From NCBI GenBank assembly GCA_951406725.2, contig OX597815.1:122760001-122824000 (forward strand): 64,000 bases of DNA, in the 5' to 3' direction. The stretch is from Octopus vulgaris. Its lineage: Eukaryota. Under the pieces are notes generated by a model. The model did not search any database. It saw only the letters and a program-made list of their open reading frames with translations, and was not told where the DNA came from. Made by a program: the position numbers and the translations under genes. Positions 55,336-64,000 of the stretch are shown one piece after another (positions within the stretch are counted from its first letter, which is position 1; every line of letters begins with the position of its first letter).

Positions 55336-56604
55336 ATGTGTGCGTGCATGTGTGTGTGTGTACTGAAAAAGTTAAAAAAGTTGAAACTGTACTAAAGGTT
55401 CTTATTTAATTTCAAAATCTGACATCATTATTATTTTTTTCTCAAAACACTATATTTTGAAATTATGAAACAAAAATGAAAACAAAAAACATTTAATGAT
55501 GCTATATTTCTAAATTATTAAAAAGATTTGATTTTTTTACTTTTCCTCTCTCTTTTTGTTTGTAAACACTCTACACTAATTCACCAAATATCTCCAAATG
55601 TTATCTCTTCTAATCATTCACTACATTCAAACTATATTAAATGTTACAATGTTAAGATGTAATGCACAGAGTACAAAACTAATAATCTTTCTATTCTGTA
55701 CTACCATAATTTGAAGAGTACACGTAACATGTAACACATAAAAATATGCTATACAGCAGAAAAACCCAATTCTTTGCAACATAGAAAAAGAATGTTAAAT
55801 AAAACATGATGATAATACATATACTAGGAAATGAATCAAGCCTGCCACCCAACTCTGACTTGAAGTTATTCTTTCATTAATGGAGTTAGTATTTTTCAGA
55901 AAGACATAGCTATCCTCACTTTCCATTATATCTTCTCCTACAGCATCTCCTAAGCTTTATGACTTTATACGAAGTCATTATTTATATGCATATATCTTTT
56001 TCTTTTATCTTTTGTTTGTTTCAGTTATTAGACTGTAGCCATGCTGGAGCACCACCTTGAAGGACTGTTTTTAGTCAAATGAATCATCCCTATTATTTTC
56101 CTTTTTCAAGCCAGGTACTTATTCTATCAGTCTCTTTTGCCAAGCTGCTTAGTTATGAGGACATAAACACATGAACACTAGCTGTCAAGTGATGGTGTGG
56201 GACAGATACAAACACACACACAATGGGCTTCTTTCAGTTTCCATCTACCAAATCCACTCACATGGCTTTGGTCAGCTCAAGGCTATAGCAGAAGACACTT
56301 GCACAAGGTGCTAGGCAGAGAGACTGAAACTGGAACTATGTGGTTGGGAATCAAGTGTCTTACCACATAGTCACAGCTGCACCTATATACGTATTATTTT
56401 ATTCTTATACTTGTTTCAGTCATTTGACTGCAGCCATGCTGGAGCACTGCTTTTAGTTGAACAAATCGACCCCCAGGACTTATTCTTTATAAGCCTAGTA
56501 TTTATTCTATCAGTCTCTTTTTGCCAAACCGCTAAGTGACAGTTCTAATGTGATGGTAGAGGGACAAACACAGACACAAATAACAAATACATATATACAT
56601 ACAT

Positions 56605-56646
<42 letters not shown>

Positions 56647-58647
56647 GACAGGCTTCTTTCAGTTGCCATCTACCAAATCCACTCACAAGGCTTTGGTTGC
56701 CCCAAGGCTATAGTAGAAGACACTTACTCAAGGTTCCCACACAGTGGGACTGAACCCAGTACCATGTGGTTGGGAAGCAAGCTTCTTACCACACAGCCAC
56801 TCCTGCTCACAGTATTTACAAATATCCTTTCTACTATAGGTACAAGGCCTGAAATTTTGTTGGGAGGGACTAGTTGATTACATCAATCCCAGTGTCCAAC
56901 TGGTATTCATCATTTCATTGACTCCCAAAAGGATGCAAGGTAAAGTTGATCTTAGTGGAACATGAAGACAGAACATAAAGACAGATAAAATGCTGCTAAG
57001 CATTTTGTACAATGTGTTAGCAATTCTGCCAGCTCACTATTTCACAATATTTACAAATATGCAAAATAAAACTGGGAACCTATCCAATATTCACTAAAAA
57101 TACAAGGTTAATTTACCTGTTAAATGGACTATTTCTTTCAGCAGAAGGTCAACTATGTGGGCAGCTTCCAGTCTCTTACCTAAATAAAGCAAAAAAAAAA
57201 AAAATGAGATTTCTTTATATCAAAGATAACAAATCAATATTGTTTAATTATATCTATAACACAAAACCATGTACTTTAGAATATTTTTAGTTTTTGCACT
57301 ATGATAATGATTTTCATCAATGCTTTTATGTCAACTTCATCCTTGCTGGCATGGGTTGAATGAGACTTGTTGAGGCAGTTTTCTGTGGTTGGATACCTTT
57401 CTTGTTATCAAGCCTTACTTGTTTTCCATTTTAAGACTATATTATTATAATGATCTTTATATGAAATTGCCAAGCTGTGGAATGTATTGGTTATGGGATA
57501 TGTAAACAAATACACCGCTGACTAAATGATATCTATGTAAAGACATGCAGAAACAAGCACTCATACACACACACACACACACACACAATGGACTTCTGTG
57601 CAGTTTTCATCAATTAGATTTCATTTGTACAGCATTGACCAGTCAGCGGTATTAACTAGTAGTAGACACTTGTCACACAAACAAGGTGCCACATAATGGG
57701 ATGAAACCTGAAATCATATGGTTGTAATGATGTCAATTTTGTAATCACACAATTATGCAGATGCCTTCTGTATGAGAAAATATATTAATAAGTCATTTAA
57801 CTAGCATAAAATATGTACAAAAATAAATACTAGGGTGTTACCCAATCTCTAGTGACAGTCATCACTCTCTCTCCCTCCTATCACTCTATTTCTACCATTA
57901 TGCTGTTGTTCCCTTCATACACCCATCCTGGCCCTTCTGTCATCACCTACTCTATTTTTAATCACTTCTTTTACCATACTGATTTGAGTGAATGTACAAT
58001 TTTTTAGAGTAGTGAGTACACTTCGTTCTTACAGCATAAAAGGTAAACCCTCTTGTGTTAGTGCTATGATAAAATGAAACCAGTACTATGTACAAAAGTG
58101 TTGGTGAACAAGAGGAAGAAGCATAGAATTGAAAGATTTCCTTAGTTTTGTCTAGTTGAAGACATGATAACTTGTCTAGGTACACCCCTTACATGTGGTA
58201 AAATAGTTGAAGAAAAGGAAGGCATCCAACCATAGAAATGAAACCAAAAACAAAGCAAACAATTCTGCAACTTACAAAGAGCAGTTGTTCCTAATAAGAA
58301 TTGTCCTGGACAGGGACACTCTGTCCAGCACATGGCCAGCATGAAAAGCAGACATAAAATGATGATGACAACATCAAGGGTTTCATAATTCTAATTACAT
58401 AATAATAAAAAAAAAAACATTCAGCATGTTTACATACATTAAAAGAGAAATATTGGTTAATATACATAAGCTTCAAATAATTAAAAACTGAAAACATTGA
58501 ACTATATTTATGATTTGCTAGATTCATATTCAGAATACGTAAAAAAGAAACAGTTTTGAAATTACTTTCATAGAAAACATCATCACTACTCTTAGAGCTG
58601 GATTTGCTGCGAGCTTCAGAATTCAAGGAGGCAGAATAATGAGCCAT
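19783..58647 (-). CDS. SESTD1: SEC14 domain and spectrin repeat-containing protein (SESTD1-like), 16 coding exons, 875 aa
   Basis: Sixteen exons with AG/GT boundaries join in one frame (109+63+115+91+93+114+178+224+123+195+115+242+123+192+191+460 = 2628 nt). The N-terminus LEAAHIVDLLLKEIVHLTGGRDKEGGPILTFP...YLSQIPSEE...GFTVIIDNR...QLTENLGGQLPFKHSHW matches the SEC14-like domain of the SESTD1/Trio/Kalirin/MCF2 family. Spectrin-repeat helices follow (VVDWILGPGEKLL, AVQWILELCE). No DH-PH domain occurs before the stop. Orthology to SESTD1 is inferred from architecture only. Confidence 0.85.
21726..22050 (+). mobile_element. Probable non-autonomous Helitron-like element
   Basis: A|TC start (tctattatataaaa), tgtctatctgtgtg microsatellite, caaatttgatatgtagata motif, CTCG|T end (a CTAG variant), CpG-rich, no TIR or TSD. 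Confidence 0.55.
23076..23208 (-). pseudogene. Decayed duplicate (pseudo-exon) of the 5' part of exon 15 plus its acceptor flank
   Basis: Aligns colinearly with 26234-26367 (shared ttcaggttgta.tggtaat, ttcagtcagatcaaa, tgttgtgaaca.ct.atcaatac.att.ag, ttaga.ag). It has a frameshift, an in-frame TGA and a lost AG. Confidence 0.85.
23331..23730 (-). repeat. SINE family A
   Basis: Reverse complement of the family A consensus; abuts the RTE LINE tail. Confidence 0.9.
23731..24684 (-). mobile_element. 5'-truncated RTE-clade LINE (ORF C-terminus, 3' UTR and (GAT)n tail)
   Basis: AWAKFRKLLPLL...MLHGSETW...LRWYGHV...RRRGRPRKTW are typical post-RT motifs of RTE elements; frameshifted; tail at 23731-48. 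Confidence 0.9.
25727..26121 (+). mobile_element. CpG-retaining ~395 bp element between two (TA)n tracts carrying the hammerhead; probable Penelope-like terminal repeat or retrozyme-like element
   Basis: High CpG content relative to the flanks, (TA)n on both sides, internal hammerhead and inverted repeats. The class is inferred from the known association of hammerheads with Penelope-like elements. Confidence 0.5.
25915..25976 (+). ncRNA. Type I hammerhead ribozyme motif
   Basis: Stem I ttatcg/cgataa; CTGATGA at 25921-27; stem II cgag..aattc/gaatt..ctca; GAAA at 25955-58; stem III Attgg-ga-ccaaT; AUC cleavage triplet ending at 25970. Confidence 0.75.
26165..26355 (-). CDS. SESTD1: SESTD1-like coding exon 15 (ILNRIDELFTTMFDL...RLALPIIVLDE)
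   Basis: AG acceptor, GA|GTaagt donor, 191 nt, phase 0-2, open frame. Absent from the ORF track. Confidence 0.9.
26881..27070 (+). repeat. tRNA-derived SINE family D; other copies at 27436-27700 (+) and older ones at ~950-1145, 17070-17267, 49995-50190, 56825-57040 (-)
   Basis: ctggtagaatcattagcac head, B-box ggttcaaattcc, body gccttttcatcct..cggggtcgat, tail gtgggtagtaaagaaat. Confidence 0.85.
28537..28951 (-). repeat. SINE family A, full length
   Basis: Closely similar reverse complement of 34039-34433. Confidence 0.9.
31361..31403 (+). ncRNA. Degenerate minimal hammerhead ribozyme-like motif
   Basis: ctccta-CTGAGGA-aacctaataaatca-GAAA-tgta-TC-tagggg. Stem I pairs over 6 bp and stem III is near-palindromic, but stem II does not pair. 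Confidence 0.35.
32432..32623 (-). CDS. SESTD1: SESTD1-like coding exon 14 (ETYHYGKELLEAAL...MFMTSSDE)
   Basis: ctccAG acceptor, GAG|GTaacg donor, 192 nt, phase 0-0. Confidence 0.95.
34039..34433 (+). repeat. tRNA-derived SINE family A (CORE-like central motif), full length
   Basis: Head ggagtggctgagtggtaa...ggttcagtcccac, CORE-like ggcaccttgagcaagtgtctt, TA/TG linker, tail gaaacaagtaaaagagtaaaag. Confidence 0.9.
34471..34593 (-). CDS. SESTD1: SESTD1-like coding exon 13 (AVQWILELCEVMVKNHTEMGQSKEDAEKLQDDHKRFESTAL)
   Basis: AG acceptor and GTaaga donor, 123 nt, phase 0-0; spectrin helix A. Confidence 0.95.
35873..36114 (-). CDS. SESTD1: SESTD1-like coding exon 12 (DQLAIQTLNDGQSLL...QLFTCEKDADQ)
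   Basis: AG acceptor, CAG|GTttga donor, 242 nt, phase 1-0; spectrin linker KLQQILQL..CE.DA.Q. Confidence 0.95.
37430..37544 (-). CDS. SESTD1: SESTD1-like coding exon 11 (LSLHLDELLEFL...LNEKCKKI)
   Basis: cttcAG acceptor, G|GTactt donor, 115 nt, phase 0-1. Confidence 0.9.
38329..38440. repeat. Degenerate ~21-bp minisatellite, about 5 units
   Basis: Units of the type tgagaacatgtgatttcaaa(a/g). Confidence 0.7.
39066..39140. repeat. Perfect 35-bp tandem duplication
   Basis: ccttttttgtgtgtgactatataacttctggttat twice, followed by ccttt. Confidence 0.95.
39620..39814 (-). CDS. SESTD1: SESTD1-like coding exon 10 (ETYGNYAELRHKAEKL...SVRFHRFAED)
   Basis: AG acceptor and GTaagt donor, 195 nt, phase 0-0; spectrin helices B/C. 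Confidence 0.95.
40327..40556. mobile_element. Older piggyBac-type MITE; related copies at ~22190-22390, 27256-27952 (interrupted) and 33070-33295
   Basis: ttaaccc...gggtta ends and a body homologous to 1609-1828. Confidence 0.75.
40589..40711 (-). CDS. SESTD1: SESTD1-like coding exon 9 (VVDWILGPGEKLLSCNIDIGDTCETAEKFRKTHEELQIKCA)
   Basis: AG acceptor and GTaaga donor, 123 nt, phase 0-0; spectrin-repeat helix A with the conserved Trp. Confidence 0.95.
43273..43496 (-). CDS. SESTD1: SESTD1-like coding exon 8 (KILLNQLQKN...ELQISISK)
   Basis: ttttcttcAG acceptor, AAG|GTatgt donor, 224 nt, phase 1-0. Confidence 0.9.
44140..44480 (+). mobile_element. Penelope-like element fragment (RT to GIY-YIG linker)
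   Basis: LKRLLTN...KKCGCPNCGTCP...FTIKTNFTCTSENL matches the Cys-rich linker that precedes the GIY-YIG endonuclease in Penelope-like elements; truncated. Confidence 0.7.
45475..45652 (-). CDS. SESTD1: SESTD1-like coding exon 7 (DFEKFMKDSK...PKNVINYG)
   Basis: AG acceptor and GTaagt donor, 178 nt, phase 0-1, open frame. Confidence 0.9.
46026..46139 (-). CDS. SESTD1: SESTD1-like coding exon 6 (IQFVTLKQLTNFISPYQLTENLGGQLPFKHSHWLQNRM)
   Basis: AG acceptor and GTaagt donor, 114 nt, phase 0-0; SEC14 C-terminal QLT..LGG.L...H..W motif. Confidence 0.95.
46250..46720 (-). mobile_element. Degraded RTE/Rex3-like LINE fragment
   Basis: Broken frames AKLAICNSVFIPILTYGHEYWIMT and RRSKGRPRMRWSNNI..LSWSCLGI. 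Confidence 0.8.
47126..47218 (-). CDS. SESTD1: SESTD1-like coding exon 5 (KSLLARLKRILILKTSPEDTPRHLNIKYSDA)
   Basis: tttctttcAG acceptor, G|GTactt donor, 93 nt, phase 0-0; fills the expected gap in the SEC14 domain. Confidence 0.75.
47578..48752 (-). mobile_element. Near full-length degenerate mariner (irritans-like), 1175 bp
   Basis: Perfect 29-bp TIRs tgaggggtgttcattaaagatttcccctg; CA/TA flanks; broken transposase frames with ITIRQLAQEV, WIPWTLT (WVPR-like) and YSPGLAPS. Confidence 0.92.
49864..49954 (-). CDS. SESTD1: SESTD1-like coding exon 4 (EESQWLGFTVIIDNRSETWSDLYYLLEVLK)
   Basis: ttttcAG acceptor, AAG|GTaagg donor, 91 nt, phase 2-0; GFTVIID.R motif. Confidence 0.95.
50976..51612. mobile_element. 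AT-rich non-autonomous DNA element (hAT-like TIRs) hosting the piggyBac MITE
   Basis: TIRs caaaagtgggcacca / tggtgcccaggtttg match at 13 of 15 positions; the interior is built of repeated GTTAAC/ATTAAT motifs. No clean TSD seen. Confidence 0.55.
51016..51235. mobile_element. piggyBac-type MITE, 220 bp, opposite orientation to 1609-1828
   Basis: Same TIRs, TTAA TSD at 51012-15 and 51236-39. Confidence 0.9.
52695..53203 (-). repeat. SINE family A with an opposite-strand RTE-tail fragment nested at ~52917-53027
   Basis: Family A tail and head are separated by gggcatccagctgtagaaac...gacgttaaacgacgat. Confidence 0.85.
53335..53449 (-). CDS. SESTD1: SESTD1-like coding exon 3 (GGRDKEGGPILTFPMHREPVNFSQKDIHDCIEYLSQIPS)
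   Basis: AG/GT boundaries, 115 nt, phase 1-2; carries the GGRDKxGGPILTFP family motif. Confidence 0.95.
53917..54380 (-). repeat. RTE 3'-end-derived repeat (family B) with (GAT)n tail; similar copies at ~11003-11138, 18430-18658, 29450-29690, 30846-31250, 42940-43265, 52148-52480, 59140-59470
   Basis: Same sequence as the 3' UTR of the RTE LINE at 23731-24070 (catcgtttaac..cgctttccatgctagcatgggttggac...ggatgcccttcctaac). Confidence 0.85.
55997..56806 (-). repeat. Two tandem SINE family A copies (55997-56383 and 56400-56806)
   Basis: Two successive tail-to-head matches to family A. Confidence 0.85.
57117..57179 (-). CDS. SESTD1: SESTD1-like coding exon 2 (RKRLEAAHIVDLLLKEIVHLTG)
   Basis: Polypyrimidine tract plus tttAG, donor CAG|GTaaat, 63 nt, phase 1-1; start of the SEC14-like domain. 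Confidence 0.9.
58539..58647 (-). CDS. SESTD1: SESTD1-like coding exon 1 (MAHYSASLNSEARSKSSSKSSDDVFYESNFKTVSFL)
   Basis: Acceptor atttcAG at 58659-60, ATG in AAAATGG context 11 nt into the exon, donor GTattc at 58538; phase 1 fits exon 2. The donor is weak and the peptide has no recognisable motif. Confidence 0.6.
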
Positions 58648-59469
58648 TTTGTAGTGGCCTGAAATATAACAAAGGGAAAATGATTTTAAAATGATAAACA
58701 CTGAAATACAGTAAAAATAAATTTTATTGAATTGAATAAAATATTTTAGAAGTAACAATATGATGTTATATGTTAGACAAACTTCAACGTATTACCTTAG
58801 TCATGTCATTCATATTCAGGATTATATATTCAAATAACATATATACATTATTCATTACTCAGTCAACAAGATAGAAATTAGAAGTCATTTATGCTGTCAC
58901 AACTCAACTCTTTTTCTTGTTTCAGTCACTGGACTGTGGCCATGCTGGAGCACTGCTTTGTAGGATTAATCAAACAAATCAAATACTTTTTTTTAAGCCA
59001 AGTATGTACTTTATTGGTCTCTTTTCTTAAAGCACTAAGTTATAGGAAAGTAAGCAAACCAATACTGGTTGTCAGGTTGTGGAGGGACAAATCCAAACAC
59101 ACGTATGTGTGTGTGTGTTTACATACATATAAAATCACTTGTGGTGCCGTGTAAAAGTACCCATGCAGTGCCACATAAAAGCACTTGTGCAACGCTATGT
59201 AAAAGCATCCATGCGGTGCCATGCAAAAGCACCCGTGCAGTGCCATGTAAAAGCGTCCTTGTGGTGCCATGTAAAAGTTGGTGTCATGTAAAAGCATCAG
59301 CACACTCTGTAAAGTGGTTGGCATAAGGAAGGACATCCAGCCAGCTGTATAAACCATGTCAAATCCGAGTGGAGTCTGGAGCAGCTTCCCAGCTTGCCAA
59401 CTCTGGTCAAACCGTCCAACCCATGCCAGCATGGACAACTGACATTAAATCATGATGGTGGTGATGATG

Positions 59470-59536
<67 letters not shown>

Positions 59537-61405
59537 CAGTTAATTAGCATATTAGGTGTCCACTTTAGTGGTCATTCCTCTTAATTTTGTATACATACAT
59601 ACATATAAATAAATTTATATATATATTTATATAAAAGGCTTCCATGCAGTTTCCATTAACCAATTTCACTTATAAAGCATTGATCGGCCTGAGGCTATAG
59701 TTGCAGATATGGAACCCCAAACCATGTGGTTATAAAGCAAACTTCTTAATTATAGAGCTATGCCTGAAATGCTTTTATAGAATAATTTATATCATAAATC
59801 ATAAGGCCTGAAATTCAGAGGAGCAGGGTATTAGTTGATACCATCAAACCCTGAAAAGACGAAAGGTAAAGTTGACCTTGGAAGGATTTGAGCACAGAAC
59901 TTAAAGAACCAGAACAATATTACAAAGAATTTTGTTTGTTACTTCAAAGATTTTGTCAATCTATCACTGTTTTTACATAATGCCAGAGAAGTTTGTAAAT
60001 CAGTTCAAACTTTGTGAAGTGATTTAATGCAGACAGGCTTGTGTGGTTAAGTTCCCTTGCCAACTACATGGCTTCAGGCTCAGTCCCATTGTGTGGCACC
60101 TTGGACAAGTGTCTTCTACCAAATCAACTAAAGCCTTGTGAATGGATTTGGTAGATTGAAATGGAAAGAAGCTTTGTTTGCATGAGTGTGTGTGTGTGTG
60201 TGTGTGTTGTGTGTATGTGCTTGATTTGATATTGTGTAGTAGTTATAAATAAATGTCACCTTCATACAAGTAGTGATGCTAGTTACTTCCACTCTTTCCT
60301 GAAAACATGTTTTGAAAAAATTACATGAGGAATGGTAACAAGATGGGTACCTAGTTGTAGAAAATCTGCCACAACAAACTCTGTCTAACCCACAAGCAAA
60401 GAAAAGAGAACATTAAAACAATGATGATGGCAAAGTTTCTATAAAATTTCCATACTAATTCTGTTTACTCATTTAACATAGTGAACCCAAGGCACAACAA
60501 GGCTGAATGGTTAAGAAGTTTACTTCACAACCAGGAGGTCTCAGGTTCAATATCACTGCATAGCCTTTTGAGCATTGTCATTTTCTATAGCAGGCATGAG
60601 CAGCCTTTTTTTGAGAAGTGGGCCACATGAGACATAACCCATCATCGCTACTAAAAAAAAATTCAAAGTAATTTTTTTGTTAGGCTTGCCATTCAGAAAA
60701 TCCCACAGGCTGCAGTTTGTTTGTGCCTGTTTTATAAGATAATAAGATAAAGATACTTCCCAAGTCATACAGACTCATAGGGCCGATTTCCATGGCATAT
60801 CTCCCCACACTGGACAGGATGCCACAAGATTTCTCATTTTTGCCAGCTGAATGGATTAGAACAATGAGAAATGAATTGTTTAACTCAAGGACACAGTACA
60901 CATCACTCAGTCAAAGAATTGAGACCACAATGATCACAATTCTAAACCCTAACCACTAAGCCATACATCTCCACAATTGTTCTATAGCTTTGGGTTGACC
61001 TATACCTCGTTATTGAAACTGAGTAAATGGATACTATACAGAAATCCGTCAAGTGGATTGTACTTATATTTTAAAAGCTATATTTTTGTCTCACACTGTG
61101 TCATCTCATTCTGCCTGAGAATTGCATTAATGGTACACATCTGTCGAATACTCAGCCACTAACATGGTTATTCAGGTACAAGTAAAGCAGATGATCAAAC
61201 GGAATCCTCATTGTTGCATGACAGAGATTCAACGTTTCATAGTGAGCCAAGAAATTATAATTCAATAGACCTAGTGATGAGACAATAATCATTGTCTTAA
61301 CTATTAATTTGGTGAATAAAGGCAGGAAAAAACAATCCCAGAATTTAAACTAATAAGAATAAAACATAGTGAGGGATATTTCTCATCTTTAGCAGTAGAG
61401 TGACA

Positions 61406-61448
61406 ACTCTAAATATGTTTCAGTCTTATTTGGACTCATCAGCAAAGC
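61406..61448 (-). ncRNA. Degenerate minimal hammerhead ribozyme-like motif
   Basis: Minus strand reads gctttg-CTGATGA-gtc caaataa gac t-GAAA-cata-TT-tagagt. Stem II gtc/gac, stem I of 6 bp with three G-U pairs, one extra T before GAAA. Confidence 0.45.
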
Positions 61449-64000
61449 ACAGATTAACGGTTACTGTCAGATTTTTGAATGACTAGAGAAAATTTAGTAT
61501 TTTTGAGAATGAACACTGAATGATGTGATAATGTAAAACAATGAATGGGGAAAGTGGTGATATGGGAAGAAAAATAAAATCGTTTTAATGCGTAATTCTG
61601 GTCAAGAAAGATAGGAGAGATAACCTTGAAATTTTTAATAAATCAAAAATAAATTGCAATGGAGGAATAAGTGTTGTCTGGTTGTACGGTGACATATTTT
61701 GGATTTATTCATAAGATTTCATCAGTGAAATAGTCTACTCAACTCAAATTCAAAAAGAAAAAATATTAAAAATTCGGAATTCTAATTTAAAACTGGAAAG
61801 TGGTAGTGTGGTGGGAGTAAAGACAGTCTCATCATTCTTTAGTAGACGCGGTGATAACAGACGACTAGTTATCTGTCATCAAAGGTAAACTTTTCCCACA
61901 TTTTCTCCCCTCTATTTTCTCAATAGTTTCTCCAACATCCATCAGCCTGGTTCTTTTTTCTTCAAAACTAGATTGAATAAATCAATTCTAATGGTTAAGT
62001 TATGTTGCAGACGCTACTTTATGTTTCATATTCACTTCATTGCTGCCATTCTCAGTATCAAGTTGATGTCAATCGCTCTCCTTCAGTACAGCTTCTTGCC
62101 CAGGTGACGTCTATAAATTTCTCTCTCTCTCTCTCTCTCTCTCCATCTTGTTTTCTCTTACTGTGTGAACCTGACCCCCTTTAGTTTCCATCTGTGGTTA
62201 TTTCTTCTTTCCTCATCTCCTACCAACCAATATTTTCTCTTCCTCATATATTTGACGTTTTATATTTTCTGTCCTTCTTCAGTATTCTCTCTAATACATT
62301 TTACTGTTTCTTAAAGCTGTTTTTAAGCCACTGCTCTACGTTTTTACTTTTCAAATTGACAATTTAACAAACAGCCTATCCATCTTAAATTCGTCTTTTT
62401 ATTTCCTGTGAATCAGAAGTTCTCAACTGGATGTCTCTGGTCTACAGGGAAAATAAACGTCTGTCACAAATTACTGTAATATTAAAAGATTAGGGTTTCA
62501 TAGTATGTTTTATTTTTTAGTATAATTTTATTGATTTTATCTCAAGTGGTCCTCCAAAATATGTAATAAATCAATGATCCACGATAAAAAAACAAAACAA
62601 AACTTCTAAATAGCCGTATTCCACGTAAGTCAGCTGTTCAAGACAACTAACTATATTTATCAGCTGTTATTGTAGTATCATGCGACTGCTGAATGGGACT
62701 TAAATTATCTTCATACTTTTAGAGCCACCTTGCTACTTTCGCAGTTCAGTTCATTTGACATATTTGATATCAATATTAAATAAGCAAGACAAAGAAGGAA
62801 GATCTAACAAGATCTGATACTAAGGATGTCATTTTGTTAAAATATTTGATGATCGTTACAAAAATATATGTAATTGATTCTATAAAAAATATTTTGTAAT
62901 GACTTCGATATAAATTTAAAATATTTGTTCGAATCAATATTTTGAATCATAAAGAAAGAATATTTCATTTCATTGATATTTTATAGTGATTAGTAATTAT
63001 TTAATGTTTCGAAATTTATATTAACTTTGGTAGGAGTTAAGGTAATACGTTTACTTAGAAAGCATCTTATATTTCTTGCCAAATTGAAGTTTTAATTCGC
63101 AAAACATTGTAGAATTATTATCAAAACGATCTCAATTATAATTAATAGAATTAAATCCACCTCAAAAGTATTTAACTCCAGATCAATTTTATTTTATCAA
63201 ACAAGTTTGAAACTTATTCTACTTCATCTTTTGCAACGTTGAGGTAATTACAAATGGATTATAACATTGTATGTATATTTATAAAATGTCAAATAGTTTT
63301 ATATCTAAGTCGACAAAAAAAAAAGCATATATGTGTTATATGTGTGTGTTTGGTGAAGCAAACAGAAAAGTAGAACTCGAAACAATATGAGCATATATAC
63401 ATTTTTTTAAAAATTACTAATCAGCAAAAGTTAAACAACTCAAAGACCGTGAGTTTCATGCGTTGGCACAACACAATCCCGGCATTTTAGTCACTAACTT
63501 CTGCCGATTATTTATATATAAAAAATAACGTCTGTGTGTGTGAGTGAGTATATATGTATATATATATATATATATGTGTGTGACGAATTAAAATAAAACA
63601 GTTTTAATATTAAACTGAAGAATTACTCGATGCTTTTTGTAGAGTACGTATACTTTTATAAAGAAGGGTAACATGTAACCCTCTTGTAAAAACTATGCAA
63701 GTATGTCTGTATAAAAAGGTATTCAAGAAAAGTAAACCAAAAGTTTCTTTTTCCCCACACACCCTCCCTACTGATATACATAGGTGCTGAAATACTATTT
63801 GACAAACAGAAATATTTCTAATTTCACCCCCTGAACACAACTGAATTTTATCTGACAAGCTATCATAAGATTTAGACACAACTTTTCACGGAACAATCAA
63901 CAATAAAGTATTGTTTATAATTTTGTCCTTTGTATTAAGTTACTATTATACAATTGCACCTTTGTTGATAACATATTAATGTCAAAAATTACAGAAACAA

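Noticed and set aside
32432-57179. Trio/Kalirin or MCF2L identity for the gene
   Set aside because: The SEC14 motif is shared, but the frame ends after the spectrin repeats with no DH-PH, SH3 or kinase exons in the window.
63610-63879. 89-aa minus-strand ORF upstream of the gene
   Set aside because: It has a non-ATG start, no motif and no convincing splice sites linking it to the gene.

Overview
This is AT-rich eukaryotic genomic DNA dense in microsatellites and SINEs. The repeat make-up suggests a coleoid cephalopod, probably Octopus (inference, not proven). I reconstructed one protein-coding gene by hand on the minus strand: 16 phase-consistent GT-AG coding exons from ATG 58647 to TAA 19783, giving 2628 nt and 875 aa. 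It encodes an N-terminal SEC14/CRAL-TRIO-like domain followed by spectrin-type repeats and no GEF domain, so it is SESTD1-like. The rest is intron or intergenic DNA containing several tRNA-derived SINE families, RTE, Tx1-like and Penelope-like retroelement fragments, mariner and pogo relics, piggyBac-type, 8-bp-TSD and TA-flanked MITEs, and a probable non-autonomous Helitron. The most notable unannotated signals are a near-canonical type I hammerhead ribozyme in a young intronic element (25915-25976), two degenerate hammerhead-like motifs, a decayed genomic duplicate of exon 15, and an AG|GTAAGA recursive-splice-like junction at exon 2. Most ORFs in the supplied track are spurious readings of repeats.
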